NCBI GenBank assembly: GCA_022605425.2
Contig: JAKIMF020000007.1
Span: forward strand, 496,001-560,000
Length of the DNA: 64,000 nt
From: Hamiltosporidium tvaerminnensis FI-OER-3-3
Lineage: Eukaryota; Fungi; Microsporidia
Direction of reading: 5' to 3'
Both the position numbers and the translations under genes were made by a program. Numbering within the stretch: the stretch's first letter is position 1; every line of letters begins with the position of its first letter. Shown in pieces: positions 14,401 through 28,099 of the stretch. The notes under the pieces are model-generated. The model had not been told where the DNA came from. It saw only the letters and a list, made by a program, of their open reading frames with translations, and did no database searches.

Positions 14401-16272
14401 TTTTCGCTCCCGAAATTTCTTTAATTTTGAATAACTACTATTATGTCGGGGTTATACTAGGTAAGTAATAGCCATGAAACATAGTTCACCGAGACAAGAA
14501 GTGATCCTACATCTCTATAATCTCTTTTTGGTTTTTCTTTTTTTGATACCTCATTATGTGCTAGGTGGTATAAGATAAATAGTTCAAATGTATAAACATT
14601 CTCGTTTTAGCACCTTAGAATTTCAGGCATGTTTTTTCTAGAATTTTATATAAAAATATGTTTTTGTCAGAAACAATATTCTAGGGAATTCGTACATTAT
14701 GCTTGTAACAGAATCGAATTGTAAGAGTAATACTATCGACCGGTTTTCTAATGCAAAGGTTAAATATTTATTTTATCATTCTATCGAATTTTAACTTTAG
14801 AATCGTTTGGAAAAAAGACGATAGTATGATCAAGCAACCAGTTTGAGTTAGTCTGAAAGCTAAAACTTGATATTAAGTATAGGAGATATATATAGGCGAT
14901 CAAGAAAGATAACTTAGATATTGTTAGCATATATTATAAAGCAAATTTTTCTATGATGAACTTATTTTGGAGGTGTTTCTAACTTTTATTTTGGTTTTTC
15001 TGTGCTTTTCCTTTTCCTTAATATTTATTCTAAAAAATATAAACATTTTTTAAGAAAAGAATGTTTAATTGCTACTAATACTATTTGATTTCAGTAATGG
15101 TTCAAGAATTTAATTCGGGCAATGATTTAAAACTAAAAATCAACACTTTGATTATCTTTTTTAAATTAAATCGTTGTGCAAAGTATTATAGTTTAGGCTC
15201 TTTGTTCGGTTGCTTGATAATAGGATATACTTCATTGTTGATTTTCCATTTCATCGTTTTAATTTGAGATTTTATATCTTCTTTGTCTTTTTGGATTTGC
15301 CTTTTTGACTTAAATCGTTTCGGAACATATTTTTGCGCATCTATATTACAACAAACTTTTCTTAAAACTCTAAATTCCTCCATTAAACAAGAAAATTCAT
15401 TAAAAACAAGATCATGTAATTATCTCAAGTTTTAAAAAATTCACACAAAAAGTATTTTTGACTTTCTGCAAAAGATAAATTTTTTTTCCTAGAATATCAA
15501 CAACCTATGTATCTATTGTGTTTCTGATAATATATAGCGCTTTTATAGGACTATCAATATTATTTATAGTATCCGTTTTTATTATTCTTTGGTGATTATA
15601 GACTTTGATGGAATTATTTTATATAGATCGTATTTTGATTTGTGAAACCGTTACAGAAGATTATTATACTTCATATAATTAGATATATTGGGGAAATAGA
15701 AAATCCTAAACTACAATTTGTTGAAATCTCGATATTTATTTTCAAAAAAGTAAAAGTATTTGAATATCATATAATTGTCTAATGTTACGAAAATAATAAT
15801 CTAAAGAATCAATTTTCAAGATCTAGCGTGAAAAAAACTTTTAAATGCTTTAAAATGCCTTTTATTTTAAGTACTGAGGAGTATATCTAGATTAAAATTT
15901 AATCGACTCAATATATTTCAAATGTAAAAAGATGTGCCCTGAATTTTTTCTATAGTTTCAATCTGTTTTTAAATCACATACTAAAACTTTAGCAAATAAA
16001 ATATTGTGCATTCTTGTTTGATTATTTATTTCAATTCTCTTGTTTCTATTGAATTGCCCATTTGTTTCATATTCAGAGTATACTTATGTATACTGAAGGT
16101 AAAGAATCTTTTGCGTTTTTTTTCAAGGCAAAACACTAAATAGTCAAAGATAAAATTAAAAATGAAATTTAAATGGTTGGAGCGATTAATCTTAAAATAA
16201 TTAAATAATAAATTTTAAGCAAAAACTACGTATAAATTACAGATTTAAATACTTTGAACTAAAAAATTTATT

Positions 16273-16647
16273 TTATTTGCAACAAAAAGATCGTAATTTT
16301 TCTTCAAAGAATTTAGCTAATTTTCTTACATTCGGATCTAAAACATAAGTAATATCCTTGCCTTTTTCTATTATTTCATAGCCTGTTTTTACTTGGGAAT
16401 TTCGTAGATTTTCAAAAAACTCTGCTATACCTATAACTCGACCTAAATATTCTGTTGATCTGCAGTTACAATCTTCTTCATTGATATGTGTGAAGCAAAT
16501 ACCTTTATTATTAATCATTTTTGAATTAAATTGAGAAAACAATGTTGTTTTCTTCGATTTTTTAAACATTTGTAAGATTTCTCGATACATATTTAAATTT
16601 GCTACACTATCTGTAGTAAAAATAATATTATTTCTAATCTTTTCCAA
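16273..16647 (-). CDS. Hypothetical protein, divergent from UTP6; start uncertain
   Basis: 124-codon ORF with protein-like composition. An in-frame ATG at 16686 is separated from it by one TGA (16654-16656). Confidence 0.4.
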   Translation of the reverse strand: MEKIRNNIIFTTDSVANLNMYREILQMFKKSKKTTLFSQFNSKMINNKGICFTHINEEDCNCRSTEYLGRVIGIAEFFENLRNSQVKTGYEIIEKGKDITYVLDPNVRKLAKFFEEKLRSFCCK

Positions 16648-17209
16648 ATCGTTTCAGTTTCGACGATTCAAAATGGAAATATTCATTTGAAAGATTAATA
16701 TGTTTCATCCAAATGATTGGAAAATTGCATTTTTTGTATTAAATTTTTTATGATTTTTAATGAAGTAAATTCTCAAGAGAAAAATTGTTTTCAAATTTTC
16801 TATTTATAGAAATAAATCGAAATCCTTTAACTTCTGTTTGAGTGAATATCAATAATAAAATGTTTCAAAAAAAATCCGAATTTCATATTTCAAATTTATC
16901 GGTTTCAAGATATAAATTTGTTTTAAAAATATTTTCAAATAACAGGTTTTAAAAAATTTAGTCAATAGAATTATTTTATTTAATTTACTCAATAAAACGA
17001 AATGACTGAATTTAAAACATTTTTTATATAATTATAGCACTATTATAAATAAATTTAGCAATATAAATTATTCCGATAAATAAATGTCTTTATTCAATAC
17101 TTTTAACTGCAAAACTTACAGAATTTATTTTTAAATCCAAAACATTTTGTTACACGACAAAAAAATAAAAATTGAAATATTTTTTTTCAAAAATTAACCG
17201 CTAACAAAA

Positions 17210-17983
17210 ATGTCTGAGAGAGTAGAATTAAATTTGGAAAAAATGATGAATGAATTAAATGATTACTTAAAAAGAGGAATTTTTGACAAAGAAGAAATTA
17301 AAACGATTGTTACAACTCGTAAACGCCATGAATATAAACTAAATAGACCAGAAAAGCAATTAATTGATTTCTTACGATATATAGAATATGAAACAATATT
17401 AGAAAAAATAAAAGGTAAAAGAATGACTAAGTTAAATATAAATGTTAGTTCTAATGATAATACGCTTTTTAAACATATATTATATTTATATAAATCTGCT
17501 TTGATACATTTTGGCGAAGACAAAAAACTTTTTGTTCAATTTTTGAGATATCTTACCAAAAAAAGATGTTTAGACAAAATAAAGACAGTTATGTCCGAAC
17601 ATTGTGCTCGATACCCATTGGATGCTGATCTTTGGATATTTTGTGCAGAAAAATATTTTGCCATGAATGACATCGAAAATTGTAGAAAACTCTATCAACA
17701 AGCAATTTCATTAAATAAAAAATGTTTCAAACTTAAAATAGAATTTTTTAAATCTGAACTTAAATATGTTAATTCTTTGATAGAAACCGACGAAGAAAAT
17801 GGAATATCTTATCAAGAAGCAGTCACTTTACAGAATTATGAAATTTTGATTTCCATATACAGAGAACTATCTAACTTAAAACCAACCAAAGAAATAATTG
17901 ATGAACTTATGGATATGATAGAGAACAATCCAATTCTAACCAATAAGATTTCTCAAATCAAAAGTATTGAAATAGCAATCTAA
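17210..17983 (+). CDS. UTP6: U3 snoRNA-associated protein 6 (HAT-repeat SSU processome factor), shortened
   Basis: N-terminal pattern LEKMMNEL.DY.KRGIF...EI..I...R..HEYKL.R.....DFLRYIEYE matches Utp6. HAT-like repeats follow (LWIFCA, RKLYQQAI). Confidence 0.85.
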   Translation: MSERVELNLEKMMNELNDYLKRGIFDKEEIKTIVTTRKRHEYKLNRPEKQLIDFLRYIEYETILEKIKGKRMTKLNINVSSNDNTLFKHILYLYKSALIHFGEDKKLFVQFLRYLTKKRCLDKIKTVMSEHCARYPLDADLWIFCAEKYFAMNDIENCRKLYQQAISLNKKCFKLKIEFFKSELKYVNSLIETDEENGISYQEAVTLQNYEILISIYRELSNLKPTKEIIDELMDMIENNPILTNKISQIKSIEIAI

Positions 17984-18609
17984 TATATTTTTTAGTATTT
18001 AAATTAAAAACTTTTTTTTAATTAATCAATCATCTATTCTTTATCATATGTTATATTCCATCATCCGTTTTCATCATCTATAAAATTATTTCTTTGAATA
18101 TTTAAAGATTCATTTTTTACATTGCTGATATTAAAAAATTAAATCGCTACTTTCAGCTTTTTTAAAAACACTCTTTACTTATATATAAATTTAATTAACT
18201 TATTAAACATATGATTTTGAATCTAAGTTGTAATCAATTAAAATATTTCGGATTTAGATAAAAAATAAAAGTTTAATATTTGTTTTTGGGCTAATTCAGT
18301 TCAGAGAAATGTAAAATCATATAAAAGTTTATAAAGTAATTGAAGTGGTATTCTTATCTAAATAAGAAGAAATAATGCGGCGAAATACTTAATTTTTCAC
18401 GTCCAGCTCGGTATATGTTGCTATATTTAACATAAACCAAGGTGAAATATATAGTTTTGATAAGTTTAATTTCAACTTGGTATTCGTATGAGTATAAAAC
18501 AATATGTCTATAAATGGAAAATGTAGCCATCTGAGTATGGTTCTATCTATTTACAAATCTCTAAAAAGCTTGAATTAATACATATATTATTTTTCTATGA
18601 ATCATCAAA

Positions 18610-18838
18610 CTAAAATAACGTTATTAAATTCTATTGTATTTGTAGTTGAAAAGCAATACTCAAAATATAAAATTTTTGTAAAATCTAAAATAAAAACGTT
18701 ATTAAATTCTATTGTATTTGTAGTGAAAAGCAATATTCAAAATATAAAATTTTTGTAAAATCTAAAATACAAACGTTATTAAATTCTATTGTATTTGTAG
18801 TGAAAATTGATTCAAATATAAATTCCTGTAAAATCTAT
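18610..18838. repeat. Three tandem ~78-bp repeats
   Basis: AACGTTATTAAATTCTATTGTATTTGTAGT(T)GAAAA...GTAAAATCTA occurs three times. Confidence 0.9.
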
Positions 18839-19571
18839 AGAAATCTTTAACATAAGAATTATATAAAGAGGACAGAGTCACAACTTTTAAAATTCCTTAA
18901 AAATTAAAATTAAACTAACAATTCTCAAGGAAATAAATTTTTGGAAAAATTTTAAATTCTAATACTTAAAAACGTATTAATAGTAACCTAACAGTAAAAA
19001 TTAAAATTAAATTTTCAATTCATTATATAATATAAGTCAAAAGTTCGTTTTAAACTCCTTAGAAATTCCAAAAAATCATCCTCTTTTTACATCGCTAAAG
19101 ATAATCTTTGGATTGTCTATTTTTTCTATATTAAGGATATTTCACTGTGGTTATTTCCTATAAAATATATTTTATATCATTTAAATGGTTCTAAATCTTT
19201 ATTAATATTTAAAAGTGGTTTATAAAAAGTTTTAATTTAAAGAATACAAATACATTCACAATTCGGGTGAAGTGTAAATATATTAATCGCAGAATAAGAT
19301 TATATTGAAAAATGGTATTAAATATACCTCTCTGGGCTTGAAATATTTAGAATTGTTAAATCAGAAATATGATATCCTGTATTTTATGATTAATTGATTA
19401 AATATAGCAATATCATATATTTCTATATTTTTATAAAAATTCTTACAATTCAAAGAAATTAATTAATTATTTTTTTTGTTAAAAAGTATAAAAATTTTAT
19501 CAAAAACTAACTTTAGAAAAAAATTTATACAAAAAAAATATTTTACAAAGTTTATTTTAGATTGAAAATTA

Positions 19572-21398
19572 TTACAAAAAATTAGTAAACGTATATTTAT
19601 CCAAGTCATCAGATATAGAATCTTCTATTTCTAAATCTATATCTTCTCTATTTGAATCAGGACTATCTTCAGGGGTATTTTGCTTTTGAAATAATTCTTT
19701 GGCAGTAAGTAGTGTGGTTTTAAAAACTGGTTTAATTGGATCTTCATTTGTATTTTCTGAAAATTTGGTTTTTTTATTTTTTCTTTGCGTTTTTTTATTT
19801 TCCGGTTTCTCAAATCTTTTCGAAATATTTTCATTTTCTGATGAATTGCTTTCATTTTTAATAAAATTTGATTTACTATTTACAGAACTTAAATTCTTAA
19901 AATTTTTTTTGGTCAAAAAATTTTGATTTTCTATAAAAATATTTTCTTCTTTTCCAGAAATTTCTTTGGCAAATTCCAGTGCCTTTTCATTTTTAGATTG
20001 AAGCACATAAGTTTGTATTTCCTCAACCAAGCTTTCTTCCGTCGATTCAATTTTTTTAACAACGTTTTCTAAAACAGTTTTAACCAACTCTTCAAATACT
20101 TCTTTGTCATCTTTATCCACAAATCTTTTTAAAGCTTCGACTAATATAATTTCTGGGATTGCTTTTAGTTCAATCGATTTCAATATCTCTTTAAAAATAT
20201 CGGTTATTTGAAGTTTTGTTTCTACATTTTGTATTTCAATATCAACTTTTTTGGTTTTTCTAACAAAATGAATAATTTCATTGCAATTCGCTACTCTTTT
20301 TTCAAAAAGCATTCCAAATTTGATTTTATTTATCGGTTCTCCATTTATAAGCTCAATTCTTAATCTTAAAAGTGGTAAATTTAAATTTTCAAAATGTCTC
20401 ATATTTTTACTGTTTTGTCTCAAAATTTCCATTTCTAATGATTCTTCTGTATTACAATTATTTAAAGCCAGTTCAATCATACTTTCTACTTTGTTTATTA
20501 ATATTTTTTCAACGTTTGAAGAATCAAATACTTTTATAAAATCCATAAAAAAAGGCCGCACGCTTTTAAGATTTATACTTTCTATTTTTATTCTTTCATC
20601 TAAAGATGAATTATTAAAAATATCTAAAATATAAACAAATTTATTTCCACTCTCACCTTCACATAACGAAGTTCTAACCGTTGATCCAGTTTGTATGACA
20701 TAAAAACCATTTTTTTCACTTTTAAAAATTATACTTTCATGCTCGTGTCCGTACATTACGATATCAAACATCGGATCTATAAAATCAATCGGAAGATTTT
20801 CTTTATCGGAATGAGGAATTCTATTTTGATGCACAACAAGAATATTGACATAATCTTCTTTATTTTCTGGAACAATATAACTTATTTTGTTTTGTAGAAA
20901 TGCTCTATACAGCCTATTATCTCTAATATATCCTAACGAATAAATAGCTACTTTGATACCATCGTTTTCTATAAGTACTGGTTTAATTTCAATTAAATCC
21001 AAATTCTCTGTTTTACCAACGTAATTAACTAATCCTGCCGTGTGTAAAAGATCAATTGGAGATAGCATTCGAACTGGATCATCATGATTACCGTGGATAC
21101 AAATAATTGGAATAGAAATGTTTATATTTGGATCGTAGAAATTTAATGGTTGAATTGAAGAAATTCTAATGGTTTTGTCGCCAAAACAATGTTTTTTAAT
21201 TAATTCTATGGTTTTATTTAATGTACTTCTTGATGGTTTATTTTCGTGAAAAATATCACCACCTTGTATTATTAAATCTACATTTTTATTTTTGGCTATT
21301 AAGAGAACTTCTTCAAATGAAATAAATGAATCCTCGCCACGTATTGGATCGTTCTCTTTAAAACCGAGATGATTATCGGAAGTCAATAAAATTCTCAT
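19572..21398 (-). CDS. MRE11: Double-strand break repair nuclease Mre11
   Basis: Phosphoesterase motifs SDNHLG, GGDIFHENKPS, IHGNHDDP, HQNR, GHEHE; Mre11-specific GSTVRTSLCEGE and LPLLRLRIE. Confidence 0.97.
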   Translation of the reverse strand: MRILLTSDNHLGFKENDPIRGEDSFISFEEVLLIAKNKNVDLIIQGGDIFHENKPSRSTLNKTIELIKKHCFGDKTIRISSIQPLNFYDPNINISIPIICIHGNHDDPVRMLSPIDLLHTAGLVNYVGKTENLDLIEIKPVLIENDGIKVAIYSLGYIRDNRLYRAFLQNKISYIVPENKEDYVNILVVHQNRIPHSDKENLPIDFIDPMFDIVMYGHEHESIIFKSEKNGFYVIQTGSTVRTSLCEGESGNKFVYILDIFNNSSLDERIKIESINLKSVRPFFMDFIKVFDSSNVEKILINKVESMIELALNNCNTEESLEMEILRQNSKNMRHFENLNLPLLRLRIELINGEPINKIKFGMLFEKRVANCNEIIHFVRKTKKVDIEIQNVETKLQITDIFKEILKSIELKAIPEIILVEALKRFVDKDDKEVFEELVKTVLENVVKKIESTEESLVEEIQTYVLQSKNEKALEFAKEISGKEENIFIENQNFLTKKNFKNLSSVNSKSNFIKNESNSSENENISKRFEKPENKKTQRKNKKTKFSENTNEDPIKPVFKTTLLTAKELFQKQNTPEDSPDSNREDIDLEIEDSISDDLDKYTFTNFL

Positions 21399-21415
21399 CG
21401 ATTTAGGGTAAAGTA
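21399..21415 (-). promoter_or_regulatory. CCC-like motif upstream of the MRE11 ATG
   Basis: Minus strand reads CTTTACCCTAAATCG-ATG. Similar motifs precede GPN3 (TAGCCCTTTGCTACC-ATG) and RPC1 (AAACCCTTCCCACC-ATG). CCC-like motifs near the ATG are a known microsporidian signal. Confidence 0.5.
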
Positions 21416-21989
21416 TTTAAAATATTAAAATATTTTTTTATAAGAATTTTAAATGGGTGTAAATAGAAAGTTGGCTGTGAAAACCAAAAATATAATAAAA
21501 TAAACACTGCAAATGACGCTAATGAGGTGGATAATAGTAAAAAAATAGCCCAAAATAATAAACGCTGTTAACATGTGCATTCTCTGTATTTCTACTTCTA
21601 CACGAAAATAACATATCTATCATCCAGCCAAAGAGGCAATAAGACGCAATGTAATAGCCTGACACCGATTCTTCTCTATTACACCTCGTTCTCTTCTGTT
21701 GAAGTCTTTACGGACAAGCCATCATATGGAATGACAAAACCTTAATTCTAGTAATTCTGAACGAAGAATCACGTATTTGAGATGTTCCAAAGCCGATTCT
21801 ATCGTGGTTTATCCGAGCGGTTGAATTTGAGCATATGTTTAGTCGTGAAGGAATGAGAGTTTTTGGTTTATGATTTGGAATAAATTCATGACACGGTCAC
21901 ATATGAGAATAATTTGATTCAATTTGTTTCAACTAATCATTTGATAATGTTCCTTTCACTTGATGAATTTGTAGGTATAATCAATTAGC

Positions 21990-24260
21990 TTCCAAATTGA
22001 AAAGCTGCTGGAATTAATGGTATTTTCAATGTCTTTAATAAGAAACTTACAACTCTTAAAAATTTATTTATGATATTGTGAAAGTTATTATTAGAAAATA
22101 TACCTAGGGTGTATTATTTTTTGTGTTTATGTTTTTCATCTCAAAAAAAATTTTACGAAGAGGCTCTCACCGCCTTCTAATTACTTTTATCAAAAGCTCC
22201 ATAACTAAACGAAAAAGTGTGAAGAAGGCCTTTAACTTTAATTTGAAGGCAAAAGTAGCCTGCTATAAATTAATTAGTTGTAGTTTAGCATATACGGGGA
22301 ATATTATTAAGCCGGGTAAAGTTCTATTTTGTTAAAGAATAAGAAATCAAATGGCCTGATGAGAGTTCCTTACAAAATAATTCTGATGATTCAATAAAAA
22401 CCCATTAATTCGCTTGATTGGGTTTCGAAATTCATTAAAGTAATTATTTCAAAATTGAAAATTGATGTATCACCAGAGCCTGAAAAAATCTTGAGCAAGA
22501 AGATTGTGAGAGGAATTCTGCAAGGGAATAGTTTGTGCTCTTTTTTGTTTGTGGTGATTATGGATTCTTTGAGCCGCAAACTTAATGAGAAATATTCTAA
22601 AGTGACAATACATAATGATGCAGATCCCAATACTATAAATCATATCTTGTTCATTGATTATCTTAAGTTCATCAATACAGATAGCTCTATATTGGAAGCT
22701 ATGACAGGTGAAATATAATGATTCCGAAAGTTATTGCATTAGAGAGAAATAGAGGTAAATGAGCCCAAAATTATGCGTATTGCAAAGATACTGCTATTCT
22801 TCTAGAAAGTCTTGGTGTTTATAAATATCTAGAGGGAAATAAAATATAGAAATGTAATCTTGAACTTACTCATTCGAAGAACTCCAGAAAAAAATATCGA
22901 GTTGAAAAACCTTGTCACATTAGTTTAATGACAAAAAAAATATTTTTGTGAATTAATCAACATGCTATATCTTTAACAAGTATCATATAGGAATACTTCG
23001 ACTTGAACCGGCTGACTTCTCTAAGCTAGATGATGCAAAATTGGTGTTGGTAAAATCAGAAAATCATTCATTTAGGTTGTAAAAGGCGTATGTACCTTCC
23101 TAGAACATAACTTAGAAGAGAATTACATAATATTGAGTTTCGAAGAGAACATATGCTTTTGCAACTCTCAGATTATCTAGAAAATAGTAATAAAAGTCAT
23201 TTTTCACACAAAAAGCTGCTTAAATGTAAATTAGAGGTCGAAGGAACAAGTATTAAAGAAGAATTTAGAAGAAGCGCAACTTGCAAGTTATGTAGTCTAA
23301 TTGAAGAAAGAACACTACATTCAAAGTTATATAATTCGAGGGAATATTAACTTGTAAGTTTTGGTGAAATTTCCAGGTGGATAAAGAAAGGACAAATTGG
23401 GTCACGTGATAAAGCAGTGTTCTGCTATATCTAGGCTAGAAATAATTTTGAAAAGCAGAGTATATATACTAACACAGTAATAAATCTGGAACAAGCGTAC
23501 CATATCACTACTCGATGTTAGAAAATTCTAGATTAAGACTACACTAAACGAAATATTTGCCTGATTAGATTCCTGCACCTTATTCTTCATAATAGATATA
23601 AATAAAAGTTCCTTCAACGAATTAGGAGCCAATCCGTTAAAGAAATTCCGAAAAGGAGCATTTGAAGTTAAGAGCTGAAACAAGAATCAAAGCTGATGTC
23701 AAAATTATGAATATTAGAACTGAGCTATTTAGTTATAATAAGAGTAGAAAAAAATGGATCTCATTGAAGCTGGAATTTCTTCTCGTGATTTATTTTAAAT
23801 ATTTCAAAGCAAAAAAATCCTAGAATTACAGTGCATAGTAAGGTTTCGGGTTTTTTTTGAATGTTTTGCATATAAATCAACTACGGTATAATCCAGCGGT
23901 CTAGAGAGAAATACTACAAAAGATTGCAAATATTTTAGAATTTAGACTATGAATTTAGTCGATAGTGCTTAGTAGATATTCGAAATGATTGACTGTGATC
24001 TTCGAAGAAGACCTAGTCACATTCACATTCTGAGGAGAGCGCGACAAAAGCTTATATGCTAAGCATTAGAAAAATTGAAAATGCAATAGAACGCAATACC
24101 TTTTTTAGAACAAACAAATAACAAGAGAATGTTATAAACATGTAAAATGAAAAAATAGAAACTTCCTATTTTATTCATTGGACCACACTAAAGAAACTAC
24201 AATAAATTTAAAAGATGATTCAGATTAAAAAAAATAAATTAATGTACTTTAAAAATAGAA
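21990..24260 (+). mobile_element. Degenerate RLE-type (R4/Dong-like) non-LTR retrotransposon
   Basis: RT motifs RGILQGNSLCSFLFVVIMDSLS and INHILFIDYLK. Eroded endonuclease region (23560-24000) parallels 40634-41100. Confidence 0.75.
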
Positions 24261-24381
24261 AAAGAAATTGAAGATTAGAAATAATTACCGATCTATTATT
24301 CTATAAAATAAAATTAAAATGCTTGATTTTTTGAACTGATAATTAAAATATGATATTCTTTCATACCCAGTTCTAAACGCT

Positions 24382-26695
24382 TTAACCAAATTTTTCGTAT
24401 ACAATTTTGAGGTTAGAATTTAATTTTTTATCACAACTTAAAGAAATATTGAATAATTTAAGAGCTAAAAAATTATTTCTTTTGAATTTAAAAATGCTTA
24501 AATTTTCTATCTCACATCCATAAAAATTAAAATATGCTAAACATTTCAATTCAAAAATAAAAATTATATCCATATCGGTTAAACTGCAATCTATCAGAGA
24601 AATTGACTTTATATTATATTCTTTCACTCTGTAAAATAGTTGATTAAATTCAATATCTTTAAATTGACAGTTTTCAAATTCTATGTTTTCTAAATGCTGA
24701 AAATTAAAGCAAAATCTATCAGTTTCATAAAATCACAGCTCTTAAAAATCAAAGTAGCTACTCGTAAAAGTTCATGATTTAAAAAAAGACCCGAAAAGAA
24801 ACCTTCATGGTTTATTTCTCGAAATTCTATTTTTTTTGTATTCTTGAAATAAGATAGCTCAGTTATAGCCATAATTGTAACCTTAGTACATACAAAGGTT
24901 AGAAGATTTAGATCTTTTACACTTCTAAATAAAACAGTAGAACATTTTTCTTTTCCAATTAAATCTTCATCTAAATATAAATTCAAACTTTCTAACTTAT
25001 TGAAACAATGTATAAAATCATAGATTTTAGTTTTCATGGAAATTTTTGGTGCAATTATTTTTAAATTTAGTAGAGACTGGTTGTTTTGATTTATTTCAAA
25101 GTTTTGAATTATCTGAATAATTTCTATCTCATTTAACTCCAGTTCTTTTATACACGGAAAATCTACTATATTTATCAAAGCTTCAAACGTTACCTCGGAT
25201 TGGAATATTTTTAATGATTTTATATTCATAATGACATGATTTTTTAAGGTACATAAGTTTCTGATTTTTGCATTTGTATATTCGATAGATAGATATTTAA
25301 CTTCATTTTTATCTGTCAAAAATCCGAAGCAGCTGCAGTAAGAATATTTAAAATTAAATCTTGCTAGTACTTTAATTTTCGACATTTTATCTTTTTGTAG
25401 CAAAACATGCTTATTTTGATTACAATTTTCAATGAGATAATATTCTGGGGATTTTAACTCGGAATCCTCGGAAAAATTCTTTTCGATAATTCCAATATTC
25501 AATGATTTTTCATTTATCAAAAGCTTTAGCTTGTCTATAGATTCTGATGATTCGGAAGAAAGGTATTGTAAGTTTTGATTCTCCAACCAATCAACCAAAA
25601 AAACCTTTTTTATACCAAGCGATTTATTTAAAACATCAGTTATTTCAGTGAAACTATAGCAATAAAAGTATAGATTGGTTATCTTTTTAAAAATATTATT
25701 GCTATTTATGAAGCTAATAACACTATCTTCTATAGAAATATCATAAAATACGATCGTGTTAACACTATTAGTAATCATAAATAAGCATTTATCTAAAGCC
25801 TTTGTATCCAATAAATTATAATTCTCTATAAATATTACTTCAGCATTAAATAATGCAAGGAAAACTGTAATAAAAAAATTGTCGGTCTCCCTAGCTAATA
25901 TTATATTTAAAAATGTCTCGTCTATTTTTAATATTCGATATTTTTTATTTGTCAAAAGAAAATCGTATGTTTCGAACGATAAATAACTTTCAAAATTTAT
26001 ATAATCATTTAAAATATAAGCATTATTGAAACTGACATAAGCGAGATAAATGTCAAAAACAATATTAAAAAAATTTAAAGAATCTTCGTTTGAAACCAAA
26101 AAATCAATCTAAAACTTCATTTGAATATTCATTTCATTTTTACAAAATATATTTAAATTCTAAAAGAGACAATTGATTATTTTCTAAAATTGATATTGAA
26201 TACAACCTTTAGTGAATCTAAACAATATAAAATCAAAACAAAATGATTTATCGAAAACGTTTCTTGAGACAGATAGCAAGTTTTCAGAAAATTGTCAAAA
26301 ATTTTAAACTCGGAATATTTTGTATTTTTCAATACAATAACTATATCTGATTGTGTTTTGTCTACCTTTTATGTGATTCTTTTAAAAATTATTGGATATT
26401 TTTCTATGTTCTCAACAACAAATATATTATATCTCTCTTTTAAGCTAAATTTTTTGGTTTGCCTTTCTGTCATAGTATCTTTTTCATATTTTTTGCCTAC
26501 GTAACAGTTTTCATCAGTCAATGAATTCATTTTTAACGAATCAAAATCATGATCTTCTTCTGAGAATAAAAATATGACTTTCGTTGCAGCGATCATACTT
26601 GGAAATACTATTAATATTCGGAGTAAACTATATTTATGTTTCCAACTTGAAATTGTGCAAAGAATTAAATTTAGTAAGCGCATCAGGGGCATCAA
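24382..26695 (-). pseudogene. Fragmented LRR-like lineage-specific protein gene with hydrophobic N-terminus
   Basis: Three consecutive minus-strand ORFs (26369-26695, 24690-26099, 24382-24627) with LxxLxL patterns (IKELELNE, LESLNLYL, IKSLKIF). The breaks may be decay or sequence error. Confidence 0.55.
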
Positions 26696-28099
26696 ATATA
26701 CGTTCCTTCAAATGATTTATTCGCTTCAAAAATTAGAATTTTCTAGAATCGCTTTTTTTAAATTCTTAGAAAATTCCGCATTCTTTCATTTCTTTTCAAA
26801 TTTCTCAATAATCATTCTGTTATTTTTATAAAGATATAAGTTCGTATTACAACTATTTTAACTCAGTATTACGATAATCTTGACTATAAAGTACAAATTG
26901 GTCACAAAAATAACTTATCAATAATAAAATTTCAATGTGGAATGTAGACATTTATACGTCTTCTATGTTTCTTCCAAGCTTATTAAATAAGATGTTATAA
27001 TAAAATTACTTTTATTTTTTTACAATTGTTTAAAAAGTTAGTCTAAGCTTATTCTTTATATGTGATCATGTTCTGAGTTATCAAACTTACATTTTAAATC
27101 AATGTTTCCTTAAAATTTTTCTATTAAGCAATACTAACAAAATCAATACATTCAGATATATACGTATGATATAAAAACACTAGAATGGCTATTACAGAGA
27201 AAACTTTATTAAACTTATTTAACTAACATGCGTTTTACAAGATCAACTTCATAATTTATATTCTTATTATTGTACGCATCTCAAGAAAACAAACTAAACT
27301 CTTACAATGCTATTGACAAAAAAATATTCCGGATAAATCGAAATCAACAAATGAGAACAATAAATTTATAATTTATAGTTTTAATTGAAAAGATATAATA
27401 TATGATTATTTTACTGCGAAAATATTCTTGATTTCGAAAAACTATAATGACTTATACAAATACTTTTGTGAAAAAAGCAAAACAAATAGAATTTTAAATT
27501 TTATTTGTTAAATTTAAATCATTTATTGATATATTTGCAATATTTTTGTATGAAATTAACACACTTATTGGTTAAACATAGAAAACTACCACATTATACC
27601 GTTTGTATCGTTTAAATACCTCCTTCTTCTAGGTTTTTCTCTAAAAAGTATGTAATTATCATTTAATTGGCGAAATATTTCTAGATTAAGGTTTATTTGT
27701 CAACGAAGATGTGTCGTAGATCTTAAAATATTACAGGATTTACTACGACAAAAAGCCCTTTTGATTTCTCAGCAATTTTCCTTAAATAATAGACCTCAGG
27801 CTAATAAAAGCCCGGTGACTTAGATAGGATCTAGCTAGACATTGTGAAGTCACACCAATAGGTATAAAGTGTTAGTTAACATTCCTGGTTTTTTTAAAGC
27901 TTTGTTTTTTTCTTATCTCTTAGGCTATATCTTCTACCAAAGAGCAAGACTAGGTTTCATTGATTTTACATGACAATTACACACATATTCATAGGTGTTT
28001 GTAATCTAGTTACATAAAAATTAACAAGCTAAGTTGTAGAAAAAGTTTTCTATTTTGTAGACTATCTTCTCCTTTTATAAATCCCAATAGAAGAGCCAA

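Noticed and set aside
18610-18838. CRISPR-like array (also 51345-51595)
   Set aside because: Head-to-tail repeats without unique spacers, eukaryotic context, and no cas genes.
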